Assembly (NCBI RefSeq): GCF_018977255.1
Contig: NW_024704742.1
Location: forward strand, 102,116,001 to 102,180,000
DNA length: 64,000 bases
Source: Callorhinchus milii
Taxonomy: Eukaryota
Direction of reading: 5' to 3'
Under the pieces are notes generated by a model. That model made no database searches, was not told where the DNA came from, and worked only from the letters and a program-made list of their open reading frames with translations. The translations under genes and the position numbers were made by a program. The first letter of the stretch is position 1. Each line of letters opens with the position of its first letter. This document shows, piece after piece, positions 1-13,259 of this stretch.

Positions 1-1224
1 AATGAAGTTGAGTTTGCAGCGCTTCCTGCGCGTATGTAGCATGCAGCAATCCAACAAACATTTTTTAATATGGTAAACCAAATCCTGGAAGAGTTGGCGC
101 TTCTGGTAATCATGAATCCAGAGGAGACCCACCTTTAAAGTGAGCGTACACTTTAGTGAGGCGCTTAATAATGGAGTCAACCTGCATTTCAGCACAAAAG
201 AAGATCACTCAACCCATCAAGTTGACGTGTGTCAGTGTGTCAGCTCTACTCTGGGGCTCTTAATTTTAAATCTCTTTTTCTCACAGATTCAAAAAAATGA
301 ACGACTCCTTATTATTTCTGTTTCTCTCTCCCTTCAGTCCCACCACCACCACCCACACACCTCCCCCACCACCGCTAAGATCTCCAAATCACTTTCAGAA
401 TTTAACACTCTACAAGGTCAAACTGTGGAAATATTGTGTTCTGTAAAAATACTTAGAGTGACAAAGCTTCTCACAGTCCATTCCTCAGGACCCCAGTGAT
501 TGAATACTCTAAAATAGCTGAACATATGTTTGTAAAAATAGTAAAAACTGCATTAAAGAATGAAGTAAATTAAAGGCCTGCAAGCAGCCGATGAGAAGTC
601 TTCAGTCAGATAGATAGTTTTCTCAGTACTAATTATAGCATTGGATGCATGGCAACGTTAGTTAGAGAGGTCTTTGGTGAATATTTCAGTAGAGAAGTAT
701 GTGAGGGATTGCAATAATTTTTTCCAATTGTTGGCAGTCATATGTTTCTAATCTGTATGTCGCTACTTTCCTAGAATCTCCATCTCATCTGCTATCATTC
801 AGTGAAAAATCTGACCGTACACAGTGATCAGTCATTGTCAGTGCGTCACTTGGGTGTTAGAACACCATGTGCTCAGGTTGTGGAGGAGGCCATTAATATC
901 CCAGTTATACTGCAGGAGAATGGTGGAAACTGCGGTTATTGTTATTATCAGAACTACTATTATTATTGTTGGTGTGCACAGCCTTAAAGGCATATGCATA
1001 GCACTCTTCACTGGTCTGTGATAGGGCTTGATTGAAATTGCAGGCAAACCAGTCAATAACTATTGACAGGTTGGAAGGACAATTGGAAGTGGTACTTGTG
1101 ATTTGGGTTTGTGAATACGTCGTTTAATTTGCTATGTTAGCAAGATGACAAGTTTCCAATTCAGAAAATCGGTAAAATCTGGCAGGCTAGAGAGCAAAAG
1201 AGGACAATCACAATGTAGGCAGCT

Positions 1225-1415
1225 CTGAAATAGGGATAGGGAGGGGAAAACCAACCAGGGTTTCTGCTCCTGGTCCCTCTTCTGCACCCTCTACTGGTTG
1301 TGCGCATGTGTGGCAACCAGGTGGGGAAAGGTCAGGCTCAGACAGGTACTTGAGTGATTTGCCAACACTCACCGTGGAGACTCATACATGAACAATCGCC
1401 ATTTGGGTGCAGTAC
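1225..1415 (+). mobile_element. Fragment of an ancient SINE-like interspersed repeat (related copies near 3260-3430 +, 8230-8400 -, 39230-39500 -, 58690-58980 -)
   Basis: Recurring degenerate motif gggaggggaaaa..ccagggtt.ctgctcctg.....cacatga..aatggcca is seen several times in the window; matched by eye only. Confidence 0.45.
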
Positions 1416-1429
1416 CAGTGGGCAAACAG

Positions 1430-1650
1430 TGTCCGGTTCAAAGTGCTTCACAGGATTCACTGTAGAGTCTAGTGACTGTGTATTCTGTACCCAAACACGG
1501 CAGCCAAATTGCACACAGCAATGTCCCACAAACACCCATGAAGTGAATGACCAATTTTATCTGGGGCATGTTGGCCAGGACACTAGGAGAAACTCCCTTC
1601 TCTTTTTGAGTCTTGCGATGAGATCTTTAACATCCACCTGGACAGACTGA
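1430..1650 (-). mobile_element. Old Deu-domain SINE fragment
   Basis: Reverse complement contains gtttgtgggacattgctgtgtgcaatttggctgccgtgttt, the central domain shared with the other SINEs here. Confidence 0.7.
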
Positions 1651-3939
1651 CGTGCAAAGAAGTTGAAAGATCAAAAAAGATAGAAAACAGGGAAGAGGAC
1701 AAAATGGAAAGTCACTGGACGATAAAGAAAGTCCAGGTAAAAATTTTGAAGTTGTTTTATTTTGAGTTTAGTTTTAAAATGAGTATTTTGCAATTCCTTC
1801 AGGAGGCAGAGTGAATTTTGCAATGTTAAAGCTACCCAGAAACTTGATTTTCTTTATTACTGTAATATTAACAATTCTTTCAGGATTGGTATATGAGCTG
1901 AGACTGTACAAAATTAGCCATCTTCAGAGAAGAGTGTCCCTGTAGACCTAACAGCAGTTTGAGGGCTAAACATTGGACAACTGTAAAAGAAAATGTTGAT
2001 AAGAATAAAAGAGCTTTTTCTGCCTGATTTGCCTGATGGCTCTGGATTTCAAAATGTTACCTTTTATTCTGTGTGAAAATAGAAAATAATGGCAGAAATC
2101 TTCTGGTATGTAGAGAGGAACTGCCTCCCAATCGGGGTCAGAGCGGGGTCCTGACACACAGATTGGCCTTCCTCCCTCAAGACTGGCAAACATCAATGTT
2201 CGGGATGATTGGCTGTCAATCATTTCAGACACTGAACCTGGCCTTGGGTGACCTCCCAGTTTAGTGGGAAAGTGGGAACAGATGGGACCCAATAAATCGG
2301 GTGGACATAATACAATATGAATGTTTGAACAGTTTCCTTCACCCCTCCCTCTCTGAAGAATAAGCTCTTTTTGGAATCATAAGCATATGAGCTAGAGACA
2401 CCGTTTTTGTGAAATTCATCATTAAAATTATCACATATGAATTCTGTACATTCTGTAGAAGTGACGATGCAGAATTGTGGAACATTTGTAAATTGAGTCT
2501 CAGTTTGGACGGCTTCCAAAGTAAAACTGTAGTTAAGAATTTTTCCATAATTCTGCGTGAGTTTAAATTTTGAGGCGAGATAGTTTCACAGCCATACAAT
2601 TTGATGGAAGTTCAGGTTTATGTATTGTCAGAAAGGAGCGCGGATGGTTTGCCAATCAACGTTGGATCAGTGAGGTCTGATTCGTGATACTTGCAAATTG
2701 GATGAATTGCATTAGTTACTGTTTACGAAATTCTCAACAAATTGCAGACCTCAATTCAACAAAACTTGACAAAATGTCATTAAGACATTGCTAGGCAACA
2801 ACCAACCATTCAGATTGCTGGCCTTTTCTTTTGCCAACTTGAGATTTGTGAGTTGCTGCCTGGGAATTTCACCACCAGTTCCACAAATAATAATTTGTAA
2901 TTCACATAAGTATCACAAATTGTAACCTGATATCCATTTGATCTGGAAAATATGGAATCTGAGTCTATTTATGATTTGGTGAAGCAGTATGGGAGTTGAA
3001 CCAGTGGTCGTCGTTATGTGAAATGATTTATCTGACCGGTGAGTTTCCCATGCTATCTACATTTTGTGGTGAGCTCATTTATATGTTCGAGCTGTTAGTC
3101 CGTTATAATGTTAGTTTTTTCCTTCAAGCTGTTATGCTCTGTGCTGCTGTGGTGGAATTTTCCCGAGTCATTTTCTTGCTATTGTCTTTAAACATCTGCA
3201 ACCAGTTATAGCATGTCTGATTGGTATCATTAACTTAACAAATATACTGGAGGCAGCTCCCATGGACATAATGGATAAAGCTGCAGTTTAAGGACTAGGA
3301 CTCAATGGTTCAAATTTGGATGTTTGTTGGGGTTGCATGAGGAGGCTAAATTGACCCTGGCCATTCCTGGTTTAGGGAGGGGAAATCCAGTTAGGGTTCA
3401 TGTACCTAGTCCCTTTTCAGCATCTCCTATTTGTTGGTTTAAGAGCTCCGTGACGCTGTCTGGCATGAAGGCCACTATATAAATGCCAGTTGGGTGATGC
3501 TCCAGAGAGCAATATGCTCTTTTGGAACCAGGCCCCACCAAGAGGAGGCAGGAGCAAATAGATATATCCCAGTGAAGGGAAAATTAGAGTAATAATTACA
3601 CACTTTTTTAAAATAAAAGTAATAAAAGCTTACCCTTTTATGTTGTTAAAATGTCTCAAAGCACTTCACATGGACTGAGTACAATATACTGTAGAGTGTA
3701 ATAACTGTGTATATGAATGTGACAGCCGATATGAACATGGCAATGTCGCAAATAGCCATGTAGTGGTAATGTTTACCTAAAGAGGCAGACAGGACCCTGG
3801 TTTAAAGTCCCATCTAAACTTCCCCAGTGGTGTAATGGATAAAATTGCAGTTTTTTAAAAAAATAGTTTAATTTTGCAATATGTTCTTTATTTAACCATA
3901 AATTATCTTTCAGTTTCAAACTTTTTAACATAAGGTGCT

Positions 3940-4250
3940 ATACTGGTTCAATTGGTAGCACTCTTGTCTCTGAGTTAGAGCATTATGGCTTCATCCCTGC
4001 GTAGGGACTTTGAGCTCATAGTTTAGACTGACACTCAAATGCAGTGCTAGGGAAACTATATTCCAAAAGAGGAGGGAGATTCTCACAATCTCCCAGATGA
4101 AATTGGTCATTCACTTCTGGGCTGTGCGACATTGTTAAGCACAAATTGGCTGCAGCATTCACTTATGAAATACACTGTAAATCCTGTGAAGCTCTTTGAG
4201 ATGTTCATCAGCATGAGAAGCTGCCACTTCAAATGGAAGGATTATTATTA
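3940..4250 (+). mobile_element. Old tRNA-headed Deu-domain SINE, internally deleted
   Basis: Head ggttcaattggtagcactcttgtctctgagt, central cacaaattggctgc, decayed L2-type tail ending ggattattatt. Confidence 0.65.
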
Positions 4251-4297
4251 CTCTAATAATACGTGCCTTCATTTGGATTTTCCTACCTCATCGCTGT

Positions 4298-4623
4298 GGA
4301 GTCCTGTAGCTCAGTGGTTAGAGCACTCGCTTTGCAAGCGAGAGACCTGAGTTCAATTCCAGGCAGAGGGCGAAACCTTGGGCAAGTTTCCTTACTCCAC
4401 ACAGAGCCTAATAATAATCCCTCCAAAACCCAAAACAATAATAAATCGGTCATTTTCAATCTATGACTGTTTGTGGGACATTGCTGTGCGCAATTGGCTG
4501 CCGCGTTCGCCCACAAATATACAGTCAATTCACTTTACAGTGTGTTCTGTGAAGCGCTTTGGGACGTCCTCCCGACGTGAAAAGCGCTATATCAAATGCA
4601 AGAATTATAATTATTATTATTAT
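4298..4623 (+). mobile_element. Young full-length tRNA-derived (Ala-like) Deu-domain SINE with L2-type 3' tail, short form
   Basis: A box tagctcagtgg, anticodon arm ctcgc-tttgcaa-gcgag (TGC), B box gagttcaattcc, core gtttgtgggacattgctgtgcgcaattggctgccgcg, stem-loop tail and (TTA)n; near-identical copies elsewhere in the window. Confidence 0.92.
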
Positions 4624-6075
4624 CACGCTAGGGGTAAGTGTGTATATGCGGGAGGGGGCGAGGGAGATAATTTATTCCCAATATTGTTTCAAGCATCTTT
4701 CTGAACAACTGGTATAATTTCTTTCTGGATCACAAACCATTTGCCCCTCCAATCTCCCCTCCCTCCATGTGGTGCACTAACATGCTGGGTCACCAACCTA
4801 TTGGTCCATTGCTTTCTTGTTGGATGGAGAAATTATTTATAAATTTTAATAATGCCTTTTGTATGTGTCCATTAAGTTGGCTGCATTGATAGTGATTTTA
4901 CTACTCAATAGGAGCTGCTTATTCAGGTCACTATTTCTTGCCGCATGGTATATAGAAAGGGTCAACTCTATTGATGTTCGTAAATATTCAACACTGGAAC
5001 ACAACTTTCAGGGTCCTTATTATACCTATTTGATTTCAGACAAGATGTATTCTTCTGTAAAGGATTCAGCTCACGTGTACAAGTAATGAAACAATTTAAC
5101 AGCAAATTCTATTCCAATCTAAGCAATAAGAACAAGAAGTGGATTCTCGCTCAAAATTCTACCTTGAACAATGTTGTGAAGGAACTCTCCACACCACTGG
5201 AAAACTAGTGCTGTATTAATACACAGCACTTTTGCAGTGAATGCTTGTAAAAAGTACAGTTTACACTGGAGTTGAAGAGCACAATTCAGAAACAATTCAT
5301 GCAGTAGCTTTGATGTTGAGACAACCTTAAAGAAGTGTTTCCTTCAGGATTTTGATGTGCATCACTGCAATAAACATAGCAGAGTAGCTTATCATGAAAA
5401 ATAATGGGAGAGGTTGTGAGAACTTTTTTTACACACAAAGGATTATTAGGTCATAGAATCCTGAAGCATAATCAATGTTAATAGGGAATTAGATAACTAT
5501 CTAAATGAAGGTTATAATAAGGGTAGGGGAAAGAACAGCCGAGTTGGACTAAATGAAGAACCCTTTCAGAGAACTGGCACAGGCACAATAGGGCAAGCAG
5601 CCTCCTTTGGTGCTGTAAAATGCTATGATGCTGTGATTTTAATAATACAAATCAAAATCTAGCGTCAGTCCCAAATAGTCCCATAAAATTTCTTGAATGA
5701 TCCAATGGACAGCCTCAGGACATTCTTGCGATTGATGTTATTGAATAGCTCGATAGTTTAAAATAAAAATTGTTTTTGTAATGGTGCATGCACATTTACT
5801 AGCTTTGAAATCAGATATTAGTTCTTGAACAGTTACCTGTGTGGTGACCTTGTGATATGTATATTTGGAGAAATTTCACCTGAGTGCAGATTTTGACGTT
5901 TTTCTTAGCATGCCAGAGCAGGCAAATTTTAGATCATTCTTTAAGTGCTTATGTGAGGGAGACGTTTCAGAAGGGTTTGGGAGAGAGGATTAGGATGGAT
6001 GGAGACTCAAACTATAAATACAGACACAGATTAGTTGGGCTGAATGGCCTGTTTCCATGCTGTAGCAGTCAATCA

Positions 6076-6450
6076 TAATAAAATCCTTGCATTTGATATA
6101 GCGCTTTATCACTTCTTCAAGACTTCTTCAAGTGTTTTACAGAATATATTGTAAAGTTGTTGTTGTAAAGTAGATTGACTATGTATTTTGTAGGCGAAAT
6201 GCCGCAGCCAATTGCGCACAGCAGTGTCCCACAAACAGTCGTAGATTGAGTGACCAAATTTTTTTTTGAGGGTTTATTACCTCCGGAATGTGATCCACCA
6301 ATCAACTACCAACCAGTTCCTACTTACTGCTAGGTAAACAGAGGTGTGTGAAGTAAGAAAACTTGCCTAAGGTTTTGCACCGCCCGGGAAATAAACCCAG
6401 ATCCTCTCGCTTGCGAGGTAAGTACTGTAACCACTACCCTGCAAGACTCC
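6076..6450 (-). mobile_element. Full-length SINE of the same family, long form
   Basis: Same head and tail, plus an extra internal segment (ctctgtttacctagcagtaagtagg...). Confidence 0.88.
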
Positions 6451-7721
6451 AGAGTCCTAGTTCTCTGAAAGACTTACTCATTTAGTCCCACTCAGCTGTT
6501 CTATGCAATTTTAGTATGATTTTGAAGCTGAGATTCTTTCAAGAAGTACAGAGAATGGGCTTCAAAATTTAAAAAAGTGTACAGATTATCCTGAATTTGT
6601 TACTTGGAAATGTTAAGAAAATAGTTTAAGTCTCGACCAAGGTGAAATTTTCTGCAAAGCTTCCTGATACAAATCTCTCACTCTTTTGCTGGAAACGATA
6701 TTGCTTCACTTCCAGTGTATAAAAGAGCATGATTGTGCTTTTATTGTGTTGCCTAAATATGAACTGTTTTATTGATAGTCTTGTTCTCATAGAGAACCTT
6801 TAGATTCCTTTTGGTATCTTTCATACAATTTTCAGTGCATCTGTCTGTGCCATCCATCATCAAAAGCCTTTCAGCATCTGATGAGAGAGTGGGTGAACTG
6901 TCAGCCGAGAGTAGTCTGATCGTGTAATTTGTGGACCGGAGTTGGGGGAAAATGCAGGTTGAATAAACAGCCATGGAATTGTTTGCTGTGCAGTGTCTAT
7001 AACTCAGTGTATAATCGATGCCAAATCAGTGCCATTGTAGACGTAGAATGGTGCAACAATCAGATGTCCCTGGCACACAAAAAAGATGGAGAGAAAATAG
7101 GCAGAGACGAGCAGAAAGGATCAGCTCCATCACCTCCCAGAGAAAATTGATCATCACTGTTGTGATGGTAAGATAAAATTCTGTTTATTATTCCTGCTGC
7201 GTGCTCCCCTTCCAAAGACGTGTGACGAGAGAATAAATCAAAGCAATAATAGCAGCTGTGTGTTGATGCAGAATCTCAATTGTTGGATTTTATTAATGAT
7301 GGGTTCTTTTCTTCCCACTTGTGTCACATGCACAAATCCAACAAGAAAACATTTCACTAGCAACATATATGGCCTAATTATTTAAATTGCTCTTCAATTT
7401 ACAGAATTCGAGAATCTCTCTTTAGTTCAGACTGGCCGAAAATATTAATGGCTTCAAATATTTTATTTAACAAGATATATTGATGCCCTAGTATATCCCC
7501 AACTGAAGGAACACACTTAACAAATACAACAAAGCAGCTCAATTATTTTTACAAATTTTTACTTTTTGCTAGGATTTGCTCTAAAGGTGATTTTCGATCA
7601 AATAACAGTGCAGTACAATATTCTTTGCTTTATCCTCTATCTTCTGCTGGGTTATGTTTCCGGGGGTACCAGTCACCTAGTATCTCATCAACATGGCCAT
7701 TTTTCAGTGGTTGAGCCTAGT

Positions 7722-8195
7722 CAACAACAACAACTTGCATTTATATAGCGGCCTTCACGAGGGATAGCGTTTCAGAGCGCTTAACAGTGACAGAGCTTGA
7801 CACTGATTCCGGGGATAGGAGTGAGGTGATCGTAGGCATGAAGAAGAGGAAGGTCTTCAAGTGGGATCTGAAGACAGGGAAGGAGGAGGCGAGGAGGAGG
7901 GATTCAGGCAGAGAGTTCCAAAGTTTTGGGGCATAGTGGCTGAAAGCATGGCCACCAATGGTGGAACGGACGTACAGGAGGTTGGAGGCAGCTGAGCAAA
8001 GTGGAACAGTAGTGGAATGGAGTGTAACCATCGGAGGTGGATCTTGTGATTTGTACATGAGTGTGAGGATCTTGAAATTGATCTGTTCTGTAATAGGAAG
8101 CCACTGGAGCCTGGCAAGAACTAGGATGATGGGGCTATGGAGTTTGGTGTGGGTGACTATATGGGCGGTGGAGTTTTGCATTAATTGGACTAGGT
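7722..8195 (-). mobile_element. Decayed L2 LINE 3' fragment
   Basis: ORF 7741-8181 contains LARLQWLPITEQINFKILTLMYK and FSHYAPKLWNSLP; (TTG)n tail. Confidence 0.85.
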
Positions 8196-11100
8196 AAGGA
8201 GTGAGTTATTTGACCAGTACAATCAAGCCCGGCCTTCTCCTCACTTGTCATCCAAACATTTGTACTTTCATACACTTCCCTAGTTAGGGCCACCAAGGCC
8301 AATTGTAACACTGACTAATGTGCCCCAATTGAGTTCAGCTAGCTCAACACAAGACTGGAAATCAAGCAAGCACTTTTTGGATCTACGCAGTTCAGTTTCA
8401 CACTGTTACAAAAATTGTAGTCAACAGCTAAAGACTGCCAAAGAGGTGTAACCTTTCCTCTCCCATTTGCTGGGCTTCCATTCTCTTGCAGACTGTGAAA
8501 CACAGTTTTGAATGTTAAGGGATACAGGCTTAAGTTAAATTTGGGGATCTAATTTGCAACAATTCTTAATGAGATTTTTATAAGGAATCAGAGTTACACA
8601 AACGGGTATTCCTTCTGATAAATAAGTATGTCATACCAGTCCAAGGGAACTCTGCTCTGACATATTCCACCTCTTAAACAGAATTTTAACGGGGCAATGG
8701 GAATTAAGAAATACAGCAAATTGGACAGTTAAAGTGTGCAAATATGGAGAAGTAACGACAAATCCATGTTGCTTTCACAACTGCAACAGAGTCAGGCCTG
8801 TTTGTCCGGACATCAGATAATATTATAATAATTCTTGCATTTGATACAGCATCTTATCATACCATTGAGCTGTCTCAAAGCACTTCATGGGATTTTACTG
8901 TGAAGTGTAGTGACTGTGTTATTTGTAGACAATGAGAGGAAGCAAACAATGATCTACTAGAATCTGAGGGAAACCATGTGCCATGCGCCAATTTCAGGGG
9001 TATTGTACAAACATATATATTTTGCTAATGCAATTTCAAAATACAATTTGCATTTCCTTCCCCAAATGGCACAAACATAATTAGTGCTTAACAGCAGTCA
9101 GAGTATTACAAAACAAAGACCTCGGGACTTCCTGTCACAAACTATTTGTCAAATCGATTTCAGCTCCAAGCGATAATTCCCAACTTCCCCACCTTCCCCC
9201 AACCCAAACAAAATGGGATTGGCAGGATACAATCTGCATGTCTTGATATCTGTCAAAGAAAAATATACTGGATCTGCTTCTGTTTCTGATCTGTTGATTT
9301 CCTTGTTCATCACTGTATTAACAATTACTTGGGTGACATTTTCTCTGCAGTTGCTGTCAAATGTCTAGGAAGGTTGTCAGCACAGTGTAGGACTGCCAGC
9401 TACAGAAATACAGAATGTTAATTGGTTTGAGCTCTCTGCACTGACATGGGAGCAGGCAATTGTGAACATGGAAATTAAAACTGTTCTGAAATACCACGAA
9501 AACCAGCAGGTAATTACACTCAGTGACATGCAGCACAGGTACACTCACTCAGGTGGGTTTAAATATATCTTACACGTTTCATCTGGAAAGTCAACCTCTC
9601 GACACGAGAGTCTGTAAAGGTTGAATGAGGAATCTCAATGCGAATGTGAGGTGATATTCTCAGCTCAATAGATCAAAAAGGAACACTCGTTTAGTAACGT
9701 GTGTTAAAAAATACAAGGGCAGAAAAAATCTGCAACTGAACTATTAACAAGAAAATAAGCTCAGCTTTAATAGCTGGTCAAACTATTGGGGGAGGGGATG
9801 CTTTAAAACCTTCAGAGCAAATGACAACATGCGAGTGGCTGAGGTAAAGGGAAATTATAACTCTTAAAATCATGTTTGTTTTTACAGAGACCCAAATGCA
9901 ATTTGACCTTGTTGACCCCGAAGTGTCAGAGGAAAGCAATTTTTAATATCAATGGACTCTTGCGAGGAATAGCAACAAAAAAGGAACTTTAATAAAGATT
10001 TTATGATCAATTCTAGTCTCTTACTAAAAGAAAACTAGCTCGAATAACATTGTGTGAAGATACACTTTAGGCAAACAGAAATAACATAATTGGAAATGTA
10101 CAATTCAGTTTTTAAGAAGTTTTAACTTTGTAGCTACTCTAAATATATCGTTGACAACTGTTATTTTCTTTGTCAATTATAAACCCATTTTATTGAACCC
10201 CTTTATTAGGATGTCAATGCTTTAATACTACAACCCCTGAGCCTCCTTTTCTCCAGATTCCATAGTCTGTCCTCATAACTTAGGTGTTTAATACCAGGCA
10301 TTAATATGATCCCAATACCTTTATCCAGGAAAACACTTTACTCCTGAGACCATCACAGAAGATTGACTTGGTTCTGATATTCCATTGCCAGTTCATCCCG
10401 AAAGAGATGCTGCTTCCAATCCCCCCCTCCCTCCCCCCGAGGACAGTTTATCCCAGCAAGTTACTGGCCTCAGAAGAGGAGGAAGTGAAGGTGTTGGAAA
10501 CATTGACTTATCTTTCTTTTTTAGAATGCGGATCATTTCCAGTATTTTCTGATTTTATTCCTTTTATCACTTTGTAAGTAGGTTATGCCAGTGTTATTAC
10601 ACCTGCAACATATTGCTCATGGTGGCTACTGAGGTTGAATGAACTCTTTTAGATTCAGCCTGGACTGTCCTAACCTGTAAAACTGAGATGCAGACCGCAA
10701 AGTGATGCTGAAGAAAGGTATATTCATATATACTGTATGTGGATCCACTTCACTAGGTTAAGTTACATTTACCTGTTTAATGATTGAATTTGACAGTGAT
10801 TCTTGTAAAGTTAATATCCAACTGAATAAAAGTCATGTTTTTCCATTATATTTCGTACTAAAATCTGTAACAAAATAAAAGTACTTGTTTCCTGTATAAA
10901 CCTGTCCATTATATGAGATATTTTTTCTTTTGGAAAGTTATTTGGATTTTATTGGACTAATCTATTCAGTGTCACCCTGCTTTACATTCCGCCTGAGTGC
11001 CCAGATATCTTAGATTGTTTCATTTTGAACAGATGAAAATAACCAAAGATTGACAGGTAAGATACTGAAAAAAGATAGTGCTGCTTCAGATGAAGGTAAA

Positions 11101-11344
11101 ATATATGTCTGCAATTTTCATTAACGCTAAGGCTCCATTGCATAATCTTTGAGCTGTGAAATAAAGCTTGCATGTTAAATGAGTACCTTAGGTATTTGAA
11201 CTCACTCCAGATAACACACACCTGATTCAAGCAAAATTCTAAACCAGCATAAGATTTTTAATATTCTATATTTAACCTGAATAGTCAAAGAATGCATCAA
11301 ATCATGTTATTCTTTGTTCACCCCTATTGGACAGTTTTCAATGC

Positions 11345-11464
11345 TTCCTATTGTATGTAACCACTTCCGATTCACTGCTCTTGTATCTAACCACTTCCCA
11401 ATCACTTCTATTATATCTAACCACTCCCCTTTCACTCCTATTGTATCTAATCATTTCCCATTCG
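11345..11464. repeat. 30-bp minisatellite, about 4 diverged copies (a fifth unit lies at ~11727-11756)
   Basis: Unit ~ctcctattgtatctaaccacttcccattca repeated with period 30. Confidence 0.85.
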
Positions 11465-11834
11465 ATCTTATTTTATAATATTTAAAATGTCAAAGCACTT
11501 TCCATCCTCACATTCACCTACAAAATCGCAAGAGAGATTTGGATTAAGAAGGCCTTTTGGCTTATTTAATCACTTTCATACAGAATATCAATCCTACCAT
11601 GCTCTCATTATAGCACCAAGCTCTGTATTAAATAAGTTCCATGTTTTGGGCTCTAATACCTTTCATGGTGGCCTGTTTCAGTAGTTGAATACTCTCTGTG
11701 TAAAGAAATCCTTCTATTATCCAGATTCCAATGTATCAAACCACTTCCCATTCATTCAACAGCAGCAACAATAACAATTTGCACTTGTATATAGTGTGTT
11801 TCATATATGAGAACATCTCAATAATAATAATTAT

Positions 11835-11998
11835 AAAAATAATAATAATAATCATCATCATCCTTGCATTTGATATTGCGCCTTATCATGTCATTGAGAT
11901 GTCTCAAAGCGCTTCACAGGATATACTGTAAAGTGGATTGACTGTGTATTTTGTGGGTGAAACGCGGTGGCCAATGACGGTGGAGTAAATGACCAATT
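11835..11998 (-). mobile_element. SINE 3' fragment
   Basis: (TAA)n-tccttgcatttgatattgcgccttatcatg...aaagcgcttcacag. Confidence 0.75.
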
Positions 11999-13259
11999 AA
12001 TTATATAGAACTGGAGGATAAGCACAAGCAATGAGGTAGACGCAGTGTGCAAGAAATGGCAGACGGCACAAATGATTGTATTTTTAAACAGAGTTTGAAT
12101 ACCGAAAGGGAGGAAAAAATTAGGAATTTCCTAAAGGGAATTAGGAAAGTTCTAGAGAGCAGGGGCAGAAGTGGTTGAAAGTTCACCCACAAATGGTGAG
12201 ATGGAGAGGGCAGGGGACATAAAGCGGGCACGAGTTGAAGCTGAGGGAGTAAATTGTTGAGCAGGACTGCAGCAAACCGCAAAGGTAAGGTCTTTCCTTT
12301 TTTTCAGGGCACAGCACAAAACAACTTTCTGACTGTGCTTTTGGTTATCTTTCCTCCCCAACCTCCTTGGCCTCCACCCTAGTTCAACTGGTCATCCAGC
12401 ACTGTGAATGTATTTTGGGACACCTATTGTAGAAGGCGGTATATAAATGTGAATTGTAGTGTACTGCAAAACCAGCCTGAAATATTGTGCCATCTCTAAC
12501 CTTTTCTTAACTGATTTGTTCTGTCAGATCATAAAAAATAGGGCCATTTGGTTGGATCAAGCACTCTGGGACACTGCTCTGTATGAGGGGAGCAATATAA
12601 ATTCAAGTTGTTGTTGTTGTATCCACACTCTTGATGCAGTGTTGGTTCTGAATTTCAGCTGAAAAGTGGCTTTAAAAGAAAATCTTGATCCAAGGTTGAA
12701 AAGTCCCACGCTCATCTGTTTCTTAGCATGTAGTGTATCATATATAATCAGTCCCTTGCCAAGGTTCACCCAGAAACAGTAGGACATGTCAAGGAGCTAC
12801 ACAGCACTGTGCTGTAACACAATTGCTGTATATTCCTGTGCTCTTAAAGAATTAATAATCCCTGAATGTTGTTTGATGGTCTCTCTGAAATCAATTAGCT
12901 CGAAATTAATTCTTGGTGCTTTTTCGTTATCTACTGAAAATCTTGAAGTATGGTATATAAAAAAAAGATAACCTGGTGGTGTGTTTAGAGGGTGTCCTAT
13001 AAACATTGATGTTTCAAAATAAAATAACAATACACACATTTGATATAGCACCTTATCAAATCAAAGCATCTTAAAACACTTCACAGAACAAGTTATTTTG
13101 AATTGCAGTGACTGCTAGGTTGACAAATGAAGGCAGCCTGAAGACAGGCAGGCAGTCCAAATGACAGCTTTCATAGCAGACTCTGTCTGGCTGTCTAATA
13201 AACCTGTCATCCCTAAAAATCCACAACATGATGATGCTGGCACTTTGAAGCAGCGTTTT

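Noticed and set aside
1..135. Possible minus-strand exon at the window edge
   Set aside because: Two frames are open but neither peptide is recognisable, and it is truncated by the window
4298..4370. tRNA-Ala(TGC) gene
   Set aside because: No proper acceptor stem, and it always continues into the SINE body; it is a SINE head
6878..6905. ctgatga...gaac hammerhead-like word
   Set aside because: No stem II and no GAAA
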